Positions 28,165-40,440 of a stretch of 64,000 nt of DNA are shown in pieces. A model generated the notes under the pieces. The model made no database searches, was not told the origin of the DNA, and saw only the letters and a program-made list of their open reading frames with translations. Numbering within the stretch: the stretch's first letter is position 1; the number at the start of each line of letters is the position of its first letter. The stretch comes from an uncultured Actinomycetes bacterium. Its GTDB lineage: Bacteria; Actinomycetota; UBA4738; JBBDTT01. The stretch covers positions 1,312,001 through 1,376,000 of the forward strand of contig CAVUMN010000004.1 in assembly GCA_963742735.1 (NCBI GenBank), given 5' to 3'. The position numbers and the translations under genes are program-made.

Positions 28165-28791
28165 GTGAGCGCTCGGGCCGCCGTGCTGGCGTCGGGAACG
28201 GGTTCCAACCTGCAGGCGCTGCTGGACGATCCCATCGTCGGTCCCCGGATCGCGGTCGTGGTCTCGGACGAGGCCGGCGCGGGCGCGTTCGACCGGGCGC
28301 GCCTGGCCGATGTCCCGACGGAGCTCGTCGACCGGACCGCGTTCGCGTCGCGCCCCGAGTTCGACGAGGCCCTCCTCCAGCGGCTGCGGGAGACGGGCGT
28401 GGACACCCTGCTGCTGGCCGGGTTCATGCGGATCCTCGACGCCGCGGTGGTTCGAGCGTTCCCCGACCGAATCCTCAACGTCCACCCCTCCCTCCTGCCC
28501 GCGTTCCCGGGCGCGCACGCGGTGCGTGAGGCCCTGGCGTGGGGAGCGAAGGTCACGGGCTGCACGCTCCACCTGGTGGACGAGCAGGTCGATCACGGCC
28601 CCATCGTCCTGCAGGAGGCCGTGCCGATCCTCGAGGACGACGATGAGGCGTCGCTCCACGAGCGGATCAAGGAGGTCGAGCACCGGCTGTTCCCTCAGGC
28701 CGCGGCGCTGCTGCTCGAGGAGCGGCTGGTCCTCGAGGGGCGGTCGGTGCGGGTGTTGCCGGCCACCGTCGGCCACGAGGTGGCGCGATGA
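28165..28791 (+). CDS. purN: Phosphoribosylglycinamide formyltransferase
   Basis: VLASGTGSNLQAL, LAGFMRIL, LNVHPSLLPAFPG, VDHGPI. Confidence 0.97.
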   Translation: MSARAAVLASGTGSNLQALLDDPIVGPRIAVVVSDEAGAGAFDRARLADVPTELVDRTAFASRPEFDEALLQRLRETGVDTLLLAGFMRILDAAVVRAFPDRILNVHPSLLPAFPGAHAVREALAWGAKVTGCTLHLVDEQVDHGPIVLQEAVPILEDDDEASLHERIKEVEHRLFPQAAALLLEERLVLEGRSVRVLPATVGHEVAR

Positions 28792-30327
28792 ACGAGGTCC
28801 TCCCCGTCCGCCGGGCGATCGTCTCGGTCGCGGACAAGGCCGGGCTGATGGCGTTCGGACAGGCCCTGGCCAGCCTGGGGGTGGAGATCGTCTCGACGGG
28901 CTCGACGGCGGCGCTGCTGTCCGAGACCGGCGTGCCGGTCACGGCCGTGGCGGACGTCACGGGGTTCCCCGAGATGCTCGACGGCCGGGTGAAGACCCTG
29001 CACCCGGCGATCCACGCGGGCGTCCTGGCGGACAAGCGCAACCCCGAGCACCTCGAGCAGCTCGAGACGCAGCGGATCCAGGCGGTCGACCTGGTCGTCG
29101 TGAGCCTGTATCCGTTCCGGGAGACGGTCGCCTCGGGTGCCGACTTCGAGGAGGTCATCGAACAGATCGACATCGGCGGGCCCACGCTGGTGCGGGCCGC
29201 CGCGAAGAACTTCGAGTCGGTCGGCGTGGTGGTCCGGCCGGAACGGTACGAGTCGGTCGTCTCCGAGATCCGGCGGGAGGGAGGACTGAGCCGCGACCTG
29301 CGACTGGCCCTCGCACGGGAGGCGTTCGCGGAGATCGCCGCCTACGACGCCGCCATCTCCTCCTGGTTCGGCGCGGCCGGGGACGGTGCGCTCCCCGAGG
29401 TGGTCTCCCTGGCGTACGAGAAGGTGAGCGATCTCCGCTACGGGGAGAACCCACACCAGCGCGGGGCGCTGTACCGCGGCGGGCTCTCGGCGGGGCTGGT
29501 CTCCGGGGCTCGCGTCCTGCAGGGCAAGGAGATGTCGTTCAACAACTGGCTGGACGCCGAGGCGGCGTGGACGCTGTCCGGTGACCTGACCGGACCGGCG
29601 GTGGCGATCATCAAGCACCACAACCCCTGTGGCGCGGCGGAGGCGGACGACCTGCCCGCCGCCTACCGCGCGGCCCTGGCCTCCGACCCGGTCTCGGCGT
29701 ACGGGGGCGTGGTCGGGCTGTCCGAACGCGGTGGACGGGCCGACGGCGGAGGCGGTGGCCGAGGTGTTCACGGAGGTCGTCGTGGCGCCGGGGTTCTCGC
29801 CCGAGGCGATGGAGGTCTTCGCCGGCAAGCAGAATCTGCGGCTGATCGAGGCCGCGCCTCCGGCGGCCGGGGACCTCGAGGTTCGCCCCGTCTCCGGCGG
29901 CGCCCTGGTGCAGGACCGGGACGACGTCGCCGAGGACCCGTCGGAGTTCAAGGTCGTGACGAGCCGGCAGCCGACCGAGGCCGAGTGGGCCGACCTGCGG
30001 TTCGCGTGGAAGGTGTGCGCGCGGACGATCTCCAATGCGATCGTGCTGGCGTCGGGGCGGGCGACGCTCGGCGTGGGAGCCGGCCAGATGAGCCGGGTCG
30101 ACTCGGTGGACATCGCCGCCCGGAAGGCGGGAGACCGCGCCCGCGGCTCCGCGCTGGCCAGCGACGCGTTCTTCCCGTTCCGCGACGGTATCGACCGGGC
30201 GGCCCAGGCCGGCGTGGCCGCGGTGATCCAACCCGGGGGCTCCGTGCGCGACGAGGAGGTCGTCGCGGCCTGCGACGAGAACGGGATCGCGATGGTGTTC
30301 ACCGGGACCCGGCACTTCCGTCACTGA
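28788..30327 (+). CDS. purH: Bifunctional AICAR transformylase/IMP cyclohydrolase, frameshifted near 29720-29730
   Basis: [30 protein letters not shown] in one frame; [27 protein letters not shown] in the next. Confidence 0.92.
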
Positions 30328-30337
30328 GAGGGGCAGG

Positions 30338-31207
30338 GTGGCCGCGACGATCATCGACGGGAAGGCCCTCGCGGCGCAGATCCGCGGCGAGGTGGCCGAG
30401 CGCGTGCGAGCCCTGGCCGAGCGGGGATCCGTGCCGGGCCTGGCCGCCGTACTCGTCGGCGACGACCCGGCGTCGCACATCTACGTGGGGATGAAGGAGA
30501 AGGCCGCCGCGGAGGTGGGGATGCTGTCGCGGAGGATCGACGTCCCGGCGGACGCCACCCAGGACCGCGTGGTCGGCATCGTCCGGGACCTCAACGCCGA
30601 CCCGGAGATCTCCGGCTACATCGTCCAGCTCCCGCTCCCCCCGCAGGTGTCCGAGCTCGCCGTCCAGCTCGAGATCGACCCCGAGAAGGACGTGGACGCC
30701 CTCGCACCGACGACGGTCGGGCTCCTGGTTCGCGGCGAGGCCCCGTACGCCCCGGCGACGCCGGCGGGGATCGTCGAGATGCTGGTGCGCACCGGCGTGG
30801 AGATCTCCGGCTCGCACGTGGTGATCGTCGGGAGGGGCGCGCTCGTCGGGATGCCGCTCGCGGTCATGCTCGCCCAGAAGTCGCCCCGGGCGAACGCCAC
30901 CGTCACGCTCTGTCACACGGGGACGCGCGACCTGGCCGAGCACACCCGCCGAGCCGACATCCTGGTCGTCGCGACCGGGCGGCCGAAGACGGTGACCGGC
31001 GAGATGGTCAAGGCGGGGGCGACCGTGATCGACGTCGGCATCAACCGGACCGACGACGGGCTCGTCGGCGACGTGGACTTCGACAGCGCGGCCGAGGTCG
31101 CCGGGGCGATCACGCCGGTGCCCGGCGGCGTCGGGCCCCTCACGGTGGCGATGCTGCTGCACAACACGGCGACCGCCGCCGAGCGGGCGGCGGCTCGCGG
31201 CGCGTGA
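30338..31207 (+). CDS. folD: Methylenetetrahydrofolate dehydrogenase/cyclohydrolase
   Basis: VQLPLP, KDVD, ATVTLCH, TPVPGGVGPLTVAML. Confidence 0.96.
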   Translation: MAATIIDGKALAAQIRGEVAERVRALAERGSVPGLAAVLVGDDPASHIYVGMKEKAAAEVGMLSRRIDVPADATQDRVVGIVRDLNADPEISGYIVQLPLPPQVSELAVQLEIDPEKDVDALAPTTVGLLVRGEAPYAPATPAGIVEMLVRTGVEISGSHVVIVGRGALVGMPLAVMLAQKSPRANATVTLCHTGTRDLAEHTRRADILVVATGRPKTVTGEMVKAGATVIDVGINRTDDGLVGDVDFDSAAEVAGAITPVPGGVGPLTVAMLLHNTATAAERAAARGA

Positions 31208-32121
31208 CGCTCCGCTCGGAGAGCCGGCTCGAGCGCCTGCTGCACGACGGAACCTTCTGCGTGACGGCGGAGGTGGTCCCGCCTCGCTCGGCCGATCCCG
31301 CGCCGGTGACCGCCCAGGCCGCGCAGCTGTCCGGCTACGCCGACGCCGTGAACGTCACCGACAACCCGACGGCCGCCGTCCACATGTCGCCGGTGGCCGG
31401 CGCCGGACTCGTGTCGGCCGTGGGCCTCGAGCCGATCCTGCAGCTGACCTGCCGCGACCGGAACCGCCTGGGGCTCACCAGCGATCTCCTCGGCGCGTGG
31501 GCGCTCGGCGCGCGCAACGTCCTGTGTATGACCGGCGACCCGTCCGGTCTCGGCGATCACCCGGAGGCGACGCCGGTCTTCGACCTCGACGTGTTCGGCT
31601 TGATCGAGCTCGCGGTGCGGCTGCGCGACGAGCGGCGGCTGCTCTCGGGACAGATGCTCGATCCGGCACCTCGGTACTTCGTCGGCGCCGTGGAGGTGCC
31701 CCTGGTCTCCGGCTACGACCCGTCGCGGCTGGAGCGCAAGGCCGACGCGGGCGCCGACTTCGTCCAGACCCAGATCGTCTACGACGCCGACGCGATGGGG
31801 GAGTGGGCCGAGGCCGTGCGGACGCGCGGCCTGCTCGAGCGGATGTTCGTACTGGTCGGTGTCGCTCCGCCGCGAACCGCCGCAACCCTGCGGTTCATGC
31901 GCGAGCACCTGCCCGGTGTCGTCGTCCCCGACGCGCTGGTCTCGCGGATGGAAGCGGCGGGTCCGGACGCGCAGGCGGAGGGGGTGCGCCTCACGGTGGA
32001 GGTGATCGACGGTCTGCGCCGGATCGAGGGAATCCGCGGCCTCCACGTCATGGGCATCGGTCACGAGGAGGGCGTCCGGCGCGTGATCGAGGACGCCGGG
32101 CTCCTTCCCCGGCCGGCCTGA
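31204..32121 (+). CDS. metF: Methylenetetrahydrofolate reductase
   Basis: VNVTDNP, QLTCRDRNR, MTGDP, GADFVQTQ. Confidence 0.88.
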   Translation: MTLRSESRLERLLHDGTFCVTAEVVPPRSADPAPVTAQAAQLSGYADAVNVTDNPTAAVHMSPVAGAGLVSAVGLEPILQLTCRDRNRLGLTSDLLGAWALGARNVLCMTGDPSGLGDHPEATPVFDLDVFGLIELAVRLRDERRLLSGQMLDPAPRYFVGAVEVPLVSGYDPSRLERKADAGADFVQTQIVYDADAMGEWAEAVRTRGLLERMFVLVGVAPPRTAATLRFMREHLPGVVVPDALVSRMEAAGPDAQAEGVRLTVEVIDGLRRIEGIRGLHVMGIGHEEGVRRVIEDAGLLPRPA

Positions 32122-32124
32122 GGC

Positions 32125-32586
32125 TCAGTCCCAGGTGCCGGCCTCGATGCGTTCCAGGCGGCGGTCGCGGGTGAGGGGGGTCTTCCCCAGGAGCTGTTCG
32201 AGGGCCTCGGGCTCGTTCAGCGCCCCCGCCAGGAGGCCCGATAGGTCGCGCTGAGACACGACCCCGACGAGCTTGTCCCCGTCCAGGACGGGGAGGTGGC
32301 GGATCCAGCGGTCGGCCATGATCCGGGCCGCGTCGTGCAGGCTCGTCGAGGGGTCCACGGTGACGAGGTCCCTGGACATGACCTCCGAGACCGGCGTGGA
32401 CAGATCCAGGCCCTCCGCCACCGCGCGCAGCACGTCGCGCTCCGTGAGGATGCCCTGGAGGTGCTCGCCCTCCACCAGAAGGATCGAGCCGGTCTGCTGC
32501 TCCCACATCCGCTTGGCCGCCTGCAGCAGGGTCTCGTCGGCCCGGTCGGTGACGGCGGCCTCGGTCATGACCTCGGAGACCTTCAT
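32125..32586 (-). CDS. CBS-domain protein
   Basis: Tandem CBS motifs GILTERDV, IRHLPV, GVVSQRDL. Confidence 0.9.
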   Translation of the reverse strand: MKVSEVMTEAAVTDRADETLLQAAKRMWEQQTGSILLVEGEHLQGILTERDVLRAVAEGLDLSTPVSEVMSRDLVTVDPSTSLHDAARIMADRWIRHLPVLDGDKLVGVVSQRDLSGLLAGALNEPEALEQLLGKTPLTRDRRLERIEAGTWD

Positions 32587-33707
32587 GCCTCACGCTCCTC
32601 GACCGGGACGTAGGTCTGGTCCGTCGGGCCGATGTACTCGGAGTCGGGCCGGATGAGCCGGTTGTCGGCGTACTGCTCGCGGATGTGGGCCGTCCACCCG
32701 GCGATCCGGCTCGCCGCGAACACCGGCGTGAACAGGTCGGTGGGGATCCCCAGCGAGCGGTACACGCTCGCCGCGTAGAAGTCGACGTTCGGGTACAGGC
32801 CCTTCTGATCCATGACGGCCTTCTCGATGCGCTCGGAGATCTCGAACCAGCGGGTGTCGCCCGCGCTCGCGCCGAGCGATCGGGCCAGCCGCCGCAGGTG
32901 CGTCGCCCGCGGGTCCTCGGTCTTGTAGACGCGGTGGCCGAACCCCATGATCCGGGCGCCCTTCTGGCCGAGCTTCTGGGAGATGTAGTCCTCGGCCTTC
33001 TCGGGGTCGTCGATCTCCTCGAGCATCTTCATCACCTGCTCGTTGGCCCCGCCGTGCAGCGGCCCCTTGAGCGCCGCCACCGCCGCGGTCGAGGAGGAAT
33101 GGATGTCGGCCAGCGTCGACGCGCACACCCGCGCCGCGAACGTCGAGGCGTTCATCGTGTGGTCGGCGTGCAGGATCAGGCAGACGTCGAGCGCGCGGGC
33201 GGCGTCCTGGTCCGGCTCCTCGCCCAGCAGCATCGCCAGGAAGTTGGCGGCGTGGGGCAGCTTCGGGTTGGGCGGCACGATGTCGTGGTTCGTGCGCATC
33301 CGGTGGTAGCTCGCGATGCGGGTGGGCAGGCGCGCGGTCAGGCGCAGGGCCTTGCGGTAGTTCGCCTCGGGTGAGGTGTCCCAGCCGTCGGGGTCGTGCG
33401 CCGACGCGGCCGAGATCGACGTCCGCACCATCGACATCGGGGAGCTCTGGGCGGCGAGCGTCTCCATCAGCCTGAGCCCGAACGGCGTCATCTCGCGGTC
33501 GTTCACGAGCGCCTCGGTGATCTCGTCGAGCTCGTCCTGGGTCGGGAGACGGCGATTGTGGAGCAGGAAGACGGTCTCCTCGAAGGTCGAGCTCTCGGCC
33601 AGGTCGTCGATGTCGTAGCCGACGTACCAGAGCTTGCCCTTGACCCCGTCGATGTCGCTGACGGAGGTCTCTGCCGCGACGACGTCCGCCAGACCCTTCT
33701 CGCTCAT
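32583..33707 (-). CDS. Citrate synthase (short type)
   Basis: ADHTMNASTF, LKGPLHGGAN, MGFGHRVYK, YPNVDFY; start at MSEKGL. Confidence 0.95.
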   Translation of the reverse strand: MSEKGLADVVAAETSVSDIDGVKGKLWYVGYDIDDLAESSTFEETVFLLHNRRLPTQDELDEITEALVNDREMTPFGLRLMETLAAQSSPMSMVRTSISAASAHDPDGWDTSPEANYRKALRLTARLPTRIASYHRMRTNHDIVPPNPKLPHAANFLAMLLGEEPDQDAARALDVCLILHADHTMNASTFAARVCASTLADIHSSSTAAVAALKGPLHGGANEQVMKMLEEIDDPEKAEDYISQKLGQKGARIMGFGHRVYKTEDPRATHLRRLARSLGASAGDTRWFEISERIEKAVMDQKGLYPNVDFYAASVYRSLGIPTDLFTPVFAASRIAGWTAHIREQYADNRLIRPDSEYIGPTDQTYVPVEEREA

Positions 33708-33774
33708 GACCGTGGCAGAATAGCCGCCGCCCTTCAGAGGGCGCCAACCCCAACCCAAACGGGAGGTCAGCCTC

Positions 33775-34857
33775 GTGGCGTACCGAGTGACGTTCATCCC
33801 CGGCGACGGCGTCGGGCCGGAGCTCTCAGAGGCGACGCGTCGCGTGCTCGAGGCGACGGGCGTCGAATTCGACTGGGACGTGCAGGAGGCCGGCGCCGAC
33901 GTGATGGACACATTCGGCACGCCGCTGCCCGAGCCGGTGCTGGAGTCGATCCGCGCGAACGGCGTCGCGATCAAGGGCCCGATCACGACCCCGGTAGGGA
34001 CCGGGTTCCGCAGCGTGAACGTGGCACTTCGCAAGGAGCTCGACCTGTACGCCTGCCTGCGACCGTGCAAGCACTACACGGGCGTGCGCTCGCGATATGA
34101 GGACGTCGACGTCGTGATCGTCCGGGAGAACACCGAGGACCTCTACGCCGGTATCGAGTTCGAGCAGGGACTCGAGGAGACCCAGAAGCTCATCGAGTTC
34201 CTGAAGGAGCTCTCCGGCAAGGAGATCCGGGAGGACAGCGGCATCTCGATCAAGCCGATCAGCGTGACGGGGACGCGGCGGATCACCAAGTTCGCCTTCG
34301 ACTACGCCCGCAAGTACGGCCGCAAGAAGGTCACGGCCGTGCACAAGGCCAACATCATGAAGTTCTCCGACGGGCTGTTCCTGCAGACCGCGTCCGAGGT
34401 CGCGAAGGAGTACTCCGACGTCGAGTTCGAGGACCGGATCGTCGACAACCTGTCGATGCAGCTGGTCGGCCGGCCCGAGGAGTACGACGTCCTGGTCCTT
34501 CCGAACCTCTACGGCGACATCATCAGCGACCTCTGCGCGGGGCTCATCGGCGGCCTGGGCGTCGCGCCCGGCGCGAACATCGGCGACGACGTCGCGGTGT
34601 TCGAGGCCACCCACGGCAGCGCCCCGAAGTACAAGGGCCTGAACAAGGTCAACCCCATGGCGATGATGCTCTCGGGCGTCCTGATGCTCCGCCACCTCGA
34701 GGAGGACGACGCAGCCGACCGGCTGGAGGCCGCGATCGCCGCGGTCATCGCGGAGGGCAGCTCTGTTACCTACGACATGAAGCCCTCCCGCGACGACCCG
34801 ACCGCCGTCGGGACCAGCCAGGTCGCCGACGCGGTCATCGAGAAGCTGAACGCCTGA
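33775..34857 (+). CDS. icd: Isocitrate dehydrogenase, predicted NADP-type
   Basis: [43 protein letters not shown]. Confidence 0.88.
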   Translation: MAYRVTFIPGDGVGPELSEATRRVLEATGVEFDWDVQEAGADVMDTFGTPLPEPVLESIRANGVAIKGPITTPVGTGFRSVNVALRKELDLYACLRPCKHYTGVRSRYEDVDVVIVRENTEDLYAGIEFEQGLEETQKLIEFLKELSGKEIREDSGISIKPISVTGTRRITKFAFDYARKYGRKKVTAVHKANIMKFSDGLFLQTASEVAKEYSDVEFEDRIVDNLSMQLVGRPEEYDVLVLPNLYGDIISDLCAGLIGGLGVAPGANIGDDVAVFEATHGSAPKYKGLNKVNPMAMMLSGVLMLRHLEEDDAADRLEAAIAAVIAEGSSVTYDMKPSRDDPTAVGTSQVADAVIEKLNA

Positions 34858-34908
34858 GCTCAGCAAGCCGAGCGTTTAGCTGCGGGTCGCGTTCGGTATG
34901 CATCGTTC

Positions 34909-35433
34909 GTGGCGAAGCAGAGCATGTCGACGATTCCCGAGGCGCCGCCGCCCGCCAGGCTGAAGCAGGCGCGGCTCGCGCGGCGCATCGGGGTCACGAT
35001 CCTCGTGTTGTTCGTGGGTACGGGGGCCCTCGGCTTCCTCGGCGTCCGCAGCGACTCCGTGTCGGCCAGTGGCGGAGGGATCACGCTCGAAGTCCAGTAC
35101 CCGAAGGTGACCCGTCCCGGGCTGGAGAGCCCGTGGGGGTTCCGGGTCAGCCAGGAGGGTGGGTTCGGCGACTCGCCGGTCACGATCGCCACGAGCCTGG
35201 CCTGGCTCAGCATGTTCGACGAGAACGGCCGCAACCCGGCGCCCTCGGCAGAGTACGTCGACGGCGACATGGTCGTGTGGGAGTTCGACCCGCCGCCGGG
35301 TGAGACGTTCACGTTCGAGTTCGATGCGCGGCTCGGGCCCTCCGTGCAGCAGGGAATGACCGCCGTCACCGAGCTCCGTGAGGGAAACGTCGCGGTCCTG
35401 TCGGTCAGCTACACCATGCGGGTGATGCCCTGA
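34909..35433 (+). CDS. Hypothetical membrane-anchored protein paired with a DUF421 gene
   Basis: One TM followed by a beta-rich domain; TGATG coupling to the next gene. Confidence 0.7.
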   Translation: MAKQSMSTIPEAPPPARLKQARLARRIGVTILVLFVGTGALGFLGVRSDSVSASGGGITLEVQYPKVTRPGLESPWGFRVSQEGGFGDSPVTIATSLAWLSMFDENGRNPAPSAEYVDGDMVVWEFDPPPGETFTFEFDARLGPSVQQGMTAVTELREGNVAVLSVSYTMRVMP

Positions 35434-35909
35434 TGGAGATCGTCGTCCGGTCGACCGTCATCTTCTTCTTCCTGTACGTGCTCACCCGGATCATGGGGAA
35501 GCGCGAGCTCGCGCAGCTCTCCGCGTTCGAGCTGATCCTGCTGGTGACGATCGGCGACTTGGTGCAGCAGGGCGTGACGCAGGAGGACATGTCGCTGACC
35601 GGCAACATGCTCGCCGTCGGCACGATCGGCGTGTGGATCCTGCTGCTGTCGTACCTGAGCTACAAGTTCAAGCGAGCCCGCACCGTGCTCGAGGGGGCCC
35701 CGGTGGTCATCGTTCGAGACGGTCAGATCCTCGAGGACTCCCTGCACATCGAGCGGCTCACCGACGACGAGGTCCTGGCCGAGGCCCGCGAGCAGGGGAT
35801 CGACGACCTGTCGAAGGTGCGCGTGGGGATCCTGGAGGCGGACGGGAAGTTCTCGTTCATCCAGGATCCGCCGAAACAGCACGAGGAAGAGGAGCAGACC
35901 GCGTCCTGA
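35433..35909 (+). CDS. DUF421/YetF family membrane protein
   Basis: RIMGKRELAQLSAFELILLVTIGD, LEADGKFSFI. Confidence 0.88.
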   Translation: MEIVVRSTVIFFFLYVLTRIMGKRELAQLSAFELILLVTIGDLVQQGVTQEDMSLTGNMLAVGTIGVWILLLSYLSYKFKRARTVLEGAPVVIVRDGQILEDSLHIERLTDDEVLAEAREQGIDDLSKVRVGILEADGKFSFIQDPPKQHEEEEQTAS

Positions 35910-35915
35910 TCCTCG

Positions 35916-36317
35916 CTAGAGGATCGTGCCGCCGATGATCGCCCGGATCTCGGTGATCGTGGAGGCCTCGTTGGCGAAGACGATCCAGTTGGCGTCCTCG
36001 AGAAGCGTCCCGGGGTCGTCCTCGGGCGGAACGGCGGCGGTGAACTCCGCCAGGCCGGATGCCTGCGCGTCGGTGTCCTCGAAGATGATCACGCTGTAGG
36101 CGTCGCAGTCGCTCTCGGTGCCGCCGAACGAGTCGCCGAGCTCCTCGAGCTCGCCGCCACAGGACACGCCGCCCCCCTCCAGGGCCGCCACCAGGTCGGC
36201 GCCGGTCGCGAACGTCCGTGGGCCGGCCGCGGTGGGCGAGGGGTCGTCACCGCCGCCTCCGCCGCAGGCGGCGAGGGTCAGCGAGAGCATCAGGACGAGC
36301 GGGAGAACACGTCGCAT
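35916..36317 (-). CDS. Putative lipoprotein
   Basis: Lipobox LAAC; AAGGAGG RBS. Confidence 0.78.
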   Translation of the reverse strand: MRRVLPLVLMLSLTLAACGGGGGDDPSPTAAGPRTFATGADLVAALEGGGVSCGGELEELGDSFGGTESDCDAYSVIIFEDTDAQASGLAEFTAAVPPEDDPGTLLEDANWIVFANEASTITEIRAIIGGTIL

Positions 36318-36359
36318 CGGGGCCTCCTTCGGGGCGCGAGAGCGGGTCAGTCTAGACGG

Positions 36360-36506
36360 CTACTTCGCCAGGCCGAGGAACTTGAGCTCGAACCGTCGGT
36401 TGCAGGCGAGGCAGACGTACTGGCGCTCCTCCTCGTCCGGCCGCAGCTCCTCCTCGCCGCAGTACGGGCAGTTGAACGGCTGAGCCCGGCCGGTGCCCTC
36501 AGCCAC
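36360..36506 (-). CDS. 48-aa zinc-ribbon microprotein (absent from the ORF track)
   Basis: MAEGTGRAQPFNCPYCGEEELRPDEEERQYVCLACNRRFELKFLGLAK; overlaps the sulfite reductase stop. Confidence 0.8.
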   Translation of the reverse strand: MAEGTGRAQPFNCPYCGEEELRPDEEERQYVCLACNRRFELKFLGLAK

Positions 36507-38163
36507 GGGCGGCGGCGACCACGGACTCGCGCTCGGGCATCTCCAGTCCGTTGATCCACGAGGAGAAATCCTGGCCCTCGTCCCGATGCTCCAGCCACGT
36601 GCCGACCAGGCCGGAGACGAACCTGGGCAGGTCCTGGCCGGCCACGCGCAGCCCCTTGACCTTCGTGCCGAACTGGTGCTCGCCCCCGAGCTTCCCGCCC
36701 AGGTGGACCTGGAACCCCTCGATGCGCTCGCCCTCCTTCGACTGGACGAGGGAGCCCATCAGGCCGATGTCGGCGAGCTGGTAGCGCGCGCACGAGTTGG
36801 GGCAGCCGTTCAGGTTGATGCGAACGCGGTCGTGGATCCCCGGCAGCAACCGGTCGAGCTCGTCGATGAGCCACTTGGCACGTGCCTTGGTGTCGACCAC
36901 GGCCAGCTTGCAGAACTCGATGCCGGTGCAGGCCATGGTCGAGGCGCGGAAGGCACTGGGCCGCGCGGGGAGGCCGTAGTCGTCGAGCGCCGTCACGAGG
37001 GGCTCGACGTCCTCCTCGGGCACGTCGAGGATGAGCATCTTCTGCTGGGTCGTGGTGCGGATCCGGCCGCGGCCGAAGCGCCGGGCCAGGCCGGCGACGC
37101 GGACGAGCTGCGTCCCGCTGATCCGCCCGGCCATCGGCGCGAACCCGACCGCGAAGCGGCCGTCCGCCTGCCGGGTGATGCCGAGGTGCTCGCGGTGCGC
37201 GGTGTCGGACTCGGGAGCCGGGGGGCCGTCCTCGAGGGGCCTGGTCAGGTAGACCTCCTCGAGGGTCTCCCGGAACTTCTCCGGTCCCCAGTCGGCCATC
37301 AGGAACTTCAGGCGGGCGTGGGTGCGCGACCGTCGGTAGCCGTAGTCGCGGAACAGGCTGCAGATCCCCACCGTGGTCTCGACGACCCGCTCGGGAGGGA
37401 CGAAGGCGCCGAGCCGCTGCGCGAAGTGCGGCTGGGGCCCGAGACCGCCCCCGACCCACAGGTCGAACCCGACCCGGCCGTCGTCGAGCTCGATCCCGAC
37501 GAGTCCTACGTCCATGATCTCGTGGACGCCGCACTGGTCGCGGCACCCGGAGATCGAGATCTTGAACTTGCGAGGGAGGTTCGAGAACTCCTTGGTCCCG
37601 GTGATCCGCCGGTTCACGGCCAGCACGTAGGGCGTCGCGTCGATGAGCTCGTCGTCGGCGATCCCGGCCAGCGGGCAGCCCAGGATGTTGCGGGGGACGT
37701 CGCCGCAGGCCTCCTGGGTGGTGAGCTGGACGGCGGCCAGCTTCGCCCACACGTCGGGGACGCTCTCGATCGTGATGTTGTGGAGCTGGACGTTCTGGCG
37801 ATCGGTGACGTCGGCCACGTCGCCGCCGTACTGCTGGCTGATGCGGCCGATGGCCTCGACCTGGTCGCCGGTGAGCACGCCGCCCGGGATCCGGATCCGC
37901 ATCATGAACAGCCCGTCCTCCTCGGGGCGCTGCGTGTACAGGCCGTACCAGCGGTACCGGACGTTCAGGTCCTGGGGCATGATCGACCGGAACCCCTCCT
38001 TGGCGTGAAGGGTCACGATGCGGTCGTAGACGTCGAGGGCGTCCTGGTCGCGCTTGACGCGCTCGGCGGGCGTCTGGGGCTCGTAGTACCCCATCGCCCA
38101 CTGCGACTCGGAGCGTCGCCGAGCCCCCTTGCGCGGCGCCGCCCCCGGGATCTGCTCTGCCAC
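36499..38163 (-). CDS. sirA: Ferredoxin-dependent sulfite (nitrite/sulfite) reductase
   Basis: WYGLYTQR, TDRQNVQ, ACGDVPRN, LPRKFK, ACTGIEFCKLA, GCPNSC siroheme/FeS motifs; GGAGG before GTG 38163. Confidence 0.9.
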   Translation of the reverse strand: MAEQIPGAAPRKGARRRSESQWAMGYYEPQTPAERVKRDQDALDVYDRIVTLHAKEGFRSIMPQDLNVRYRWYGLYTQRPEEDGLFMMRIRIPGGVLTGDQVEAIGRISQQYGGDVADVTDRQNVQLHNITIESVPDVWAKLAAVQLTTQEACGDVPRNILGCPLAGIADDELIDATPYVLAVNRRITGTKEFSNLPRKFKISISGCRDQCGVHEIMDVGLVGIELDDGRVGFDLWVGGGLGPQPHFAQRLGAFVPPERVVETTVGICSLFRDYGYRRSRTHARLKFLMADWGPEKFRETLEEVYLTRPLEDGPPAPESDTAHREHLGITRQADGRFAVGFAPMAGRISGTQLVRVAGLARRFGRGRIRTTTQQKMLILDVPEEDVEPLVTALDDYGLPARPSAFRASTMACTGIEFCKLAVVDTKARAKWLIDELDRLLPGIHDRVRINLNGCPNSCARYQLADIGLMGSLVQSKEGERIEGFQVHLGGKLGGEHQFGTKVKGLRVAGQDLPRFVSGLVGTWLEHRDEGQDFSSWINGLEMPERESVVAAARG

Positions 38164-38264
38164 GGTGCCTCCCGGGAGAAGCGGTGAACCGCAAATCCTA
38201 CTGGGACGATGGGGAATTGCAACTGCGAACGTCTCGCTCCGCTGTTCGACCGGAGCGTCAGTAG

Positions 38265-40431
<2,167 letters not shown>

Positions 40432-40440
40432 GATGCGTTC

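Noticed and set aside
29700-29740. Programmed frameshift or split purH
   Set aside because: No slippery sequence, the break falls mid-domain, and other indels in the window point to sequencing error.
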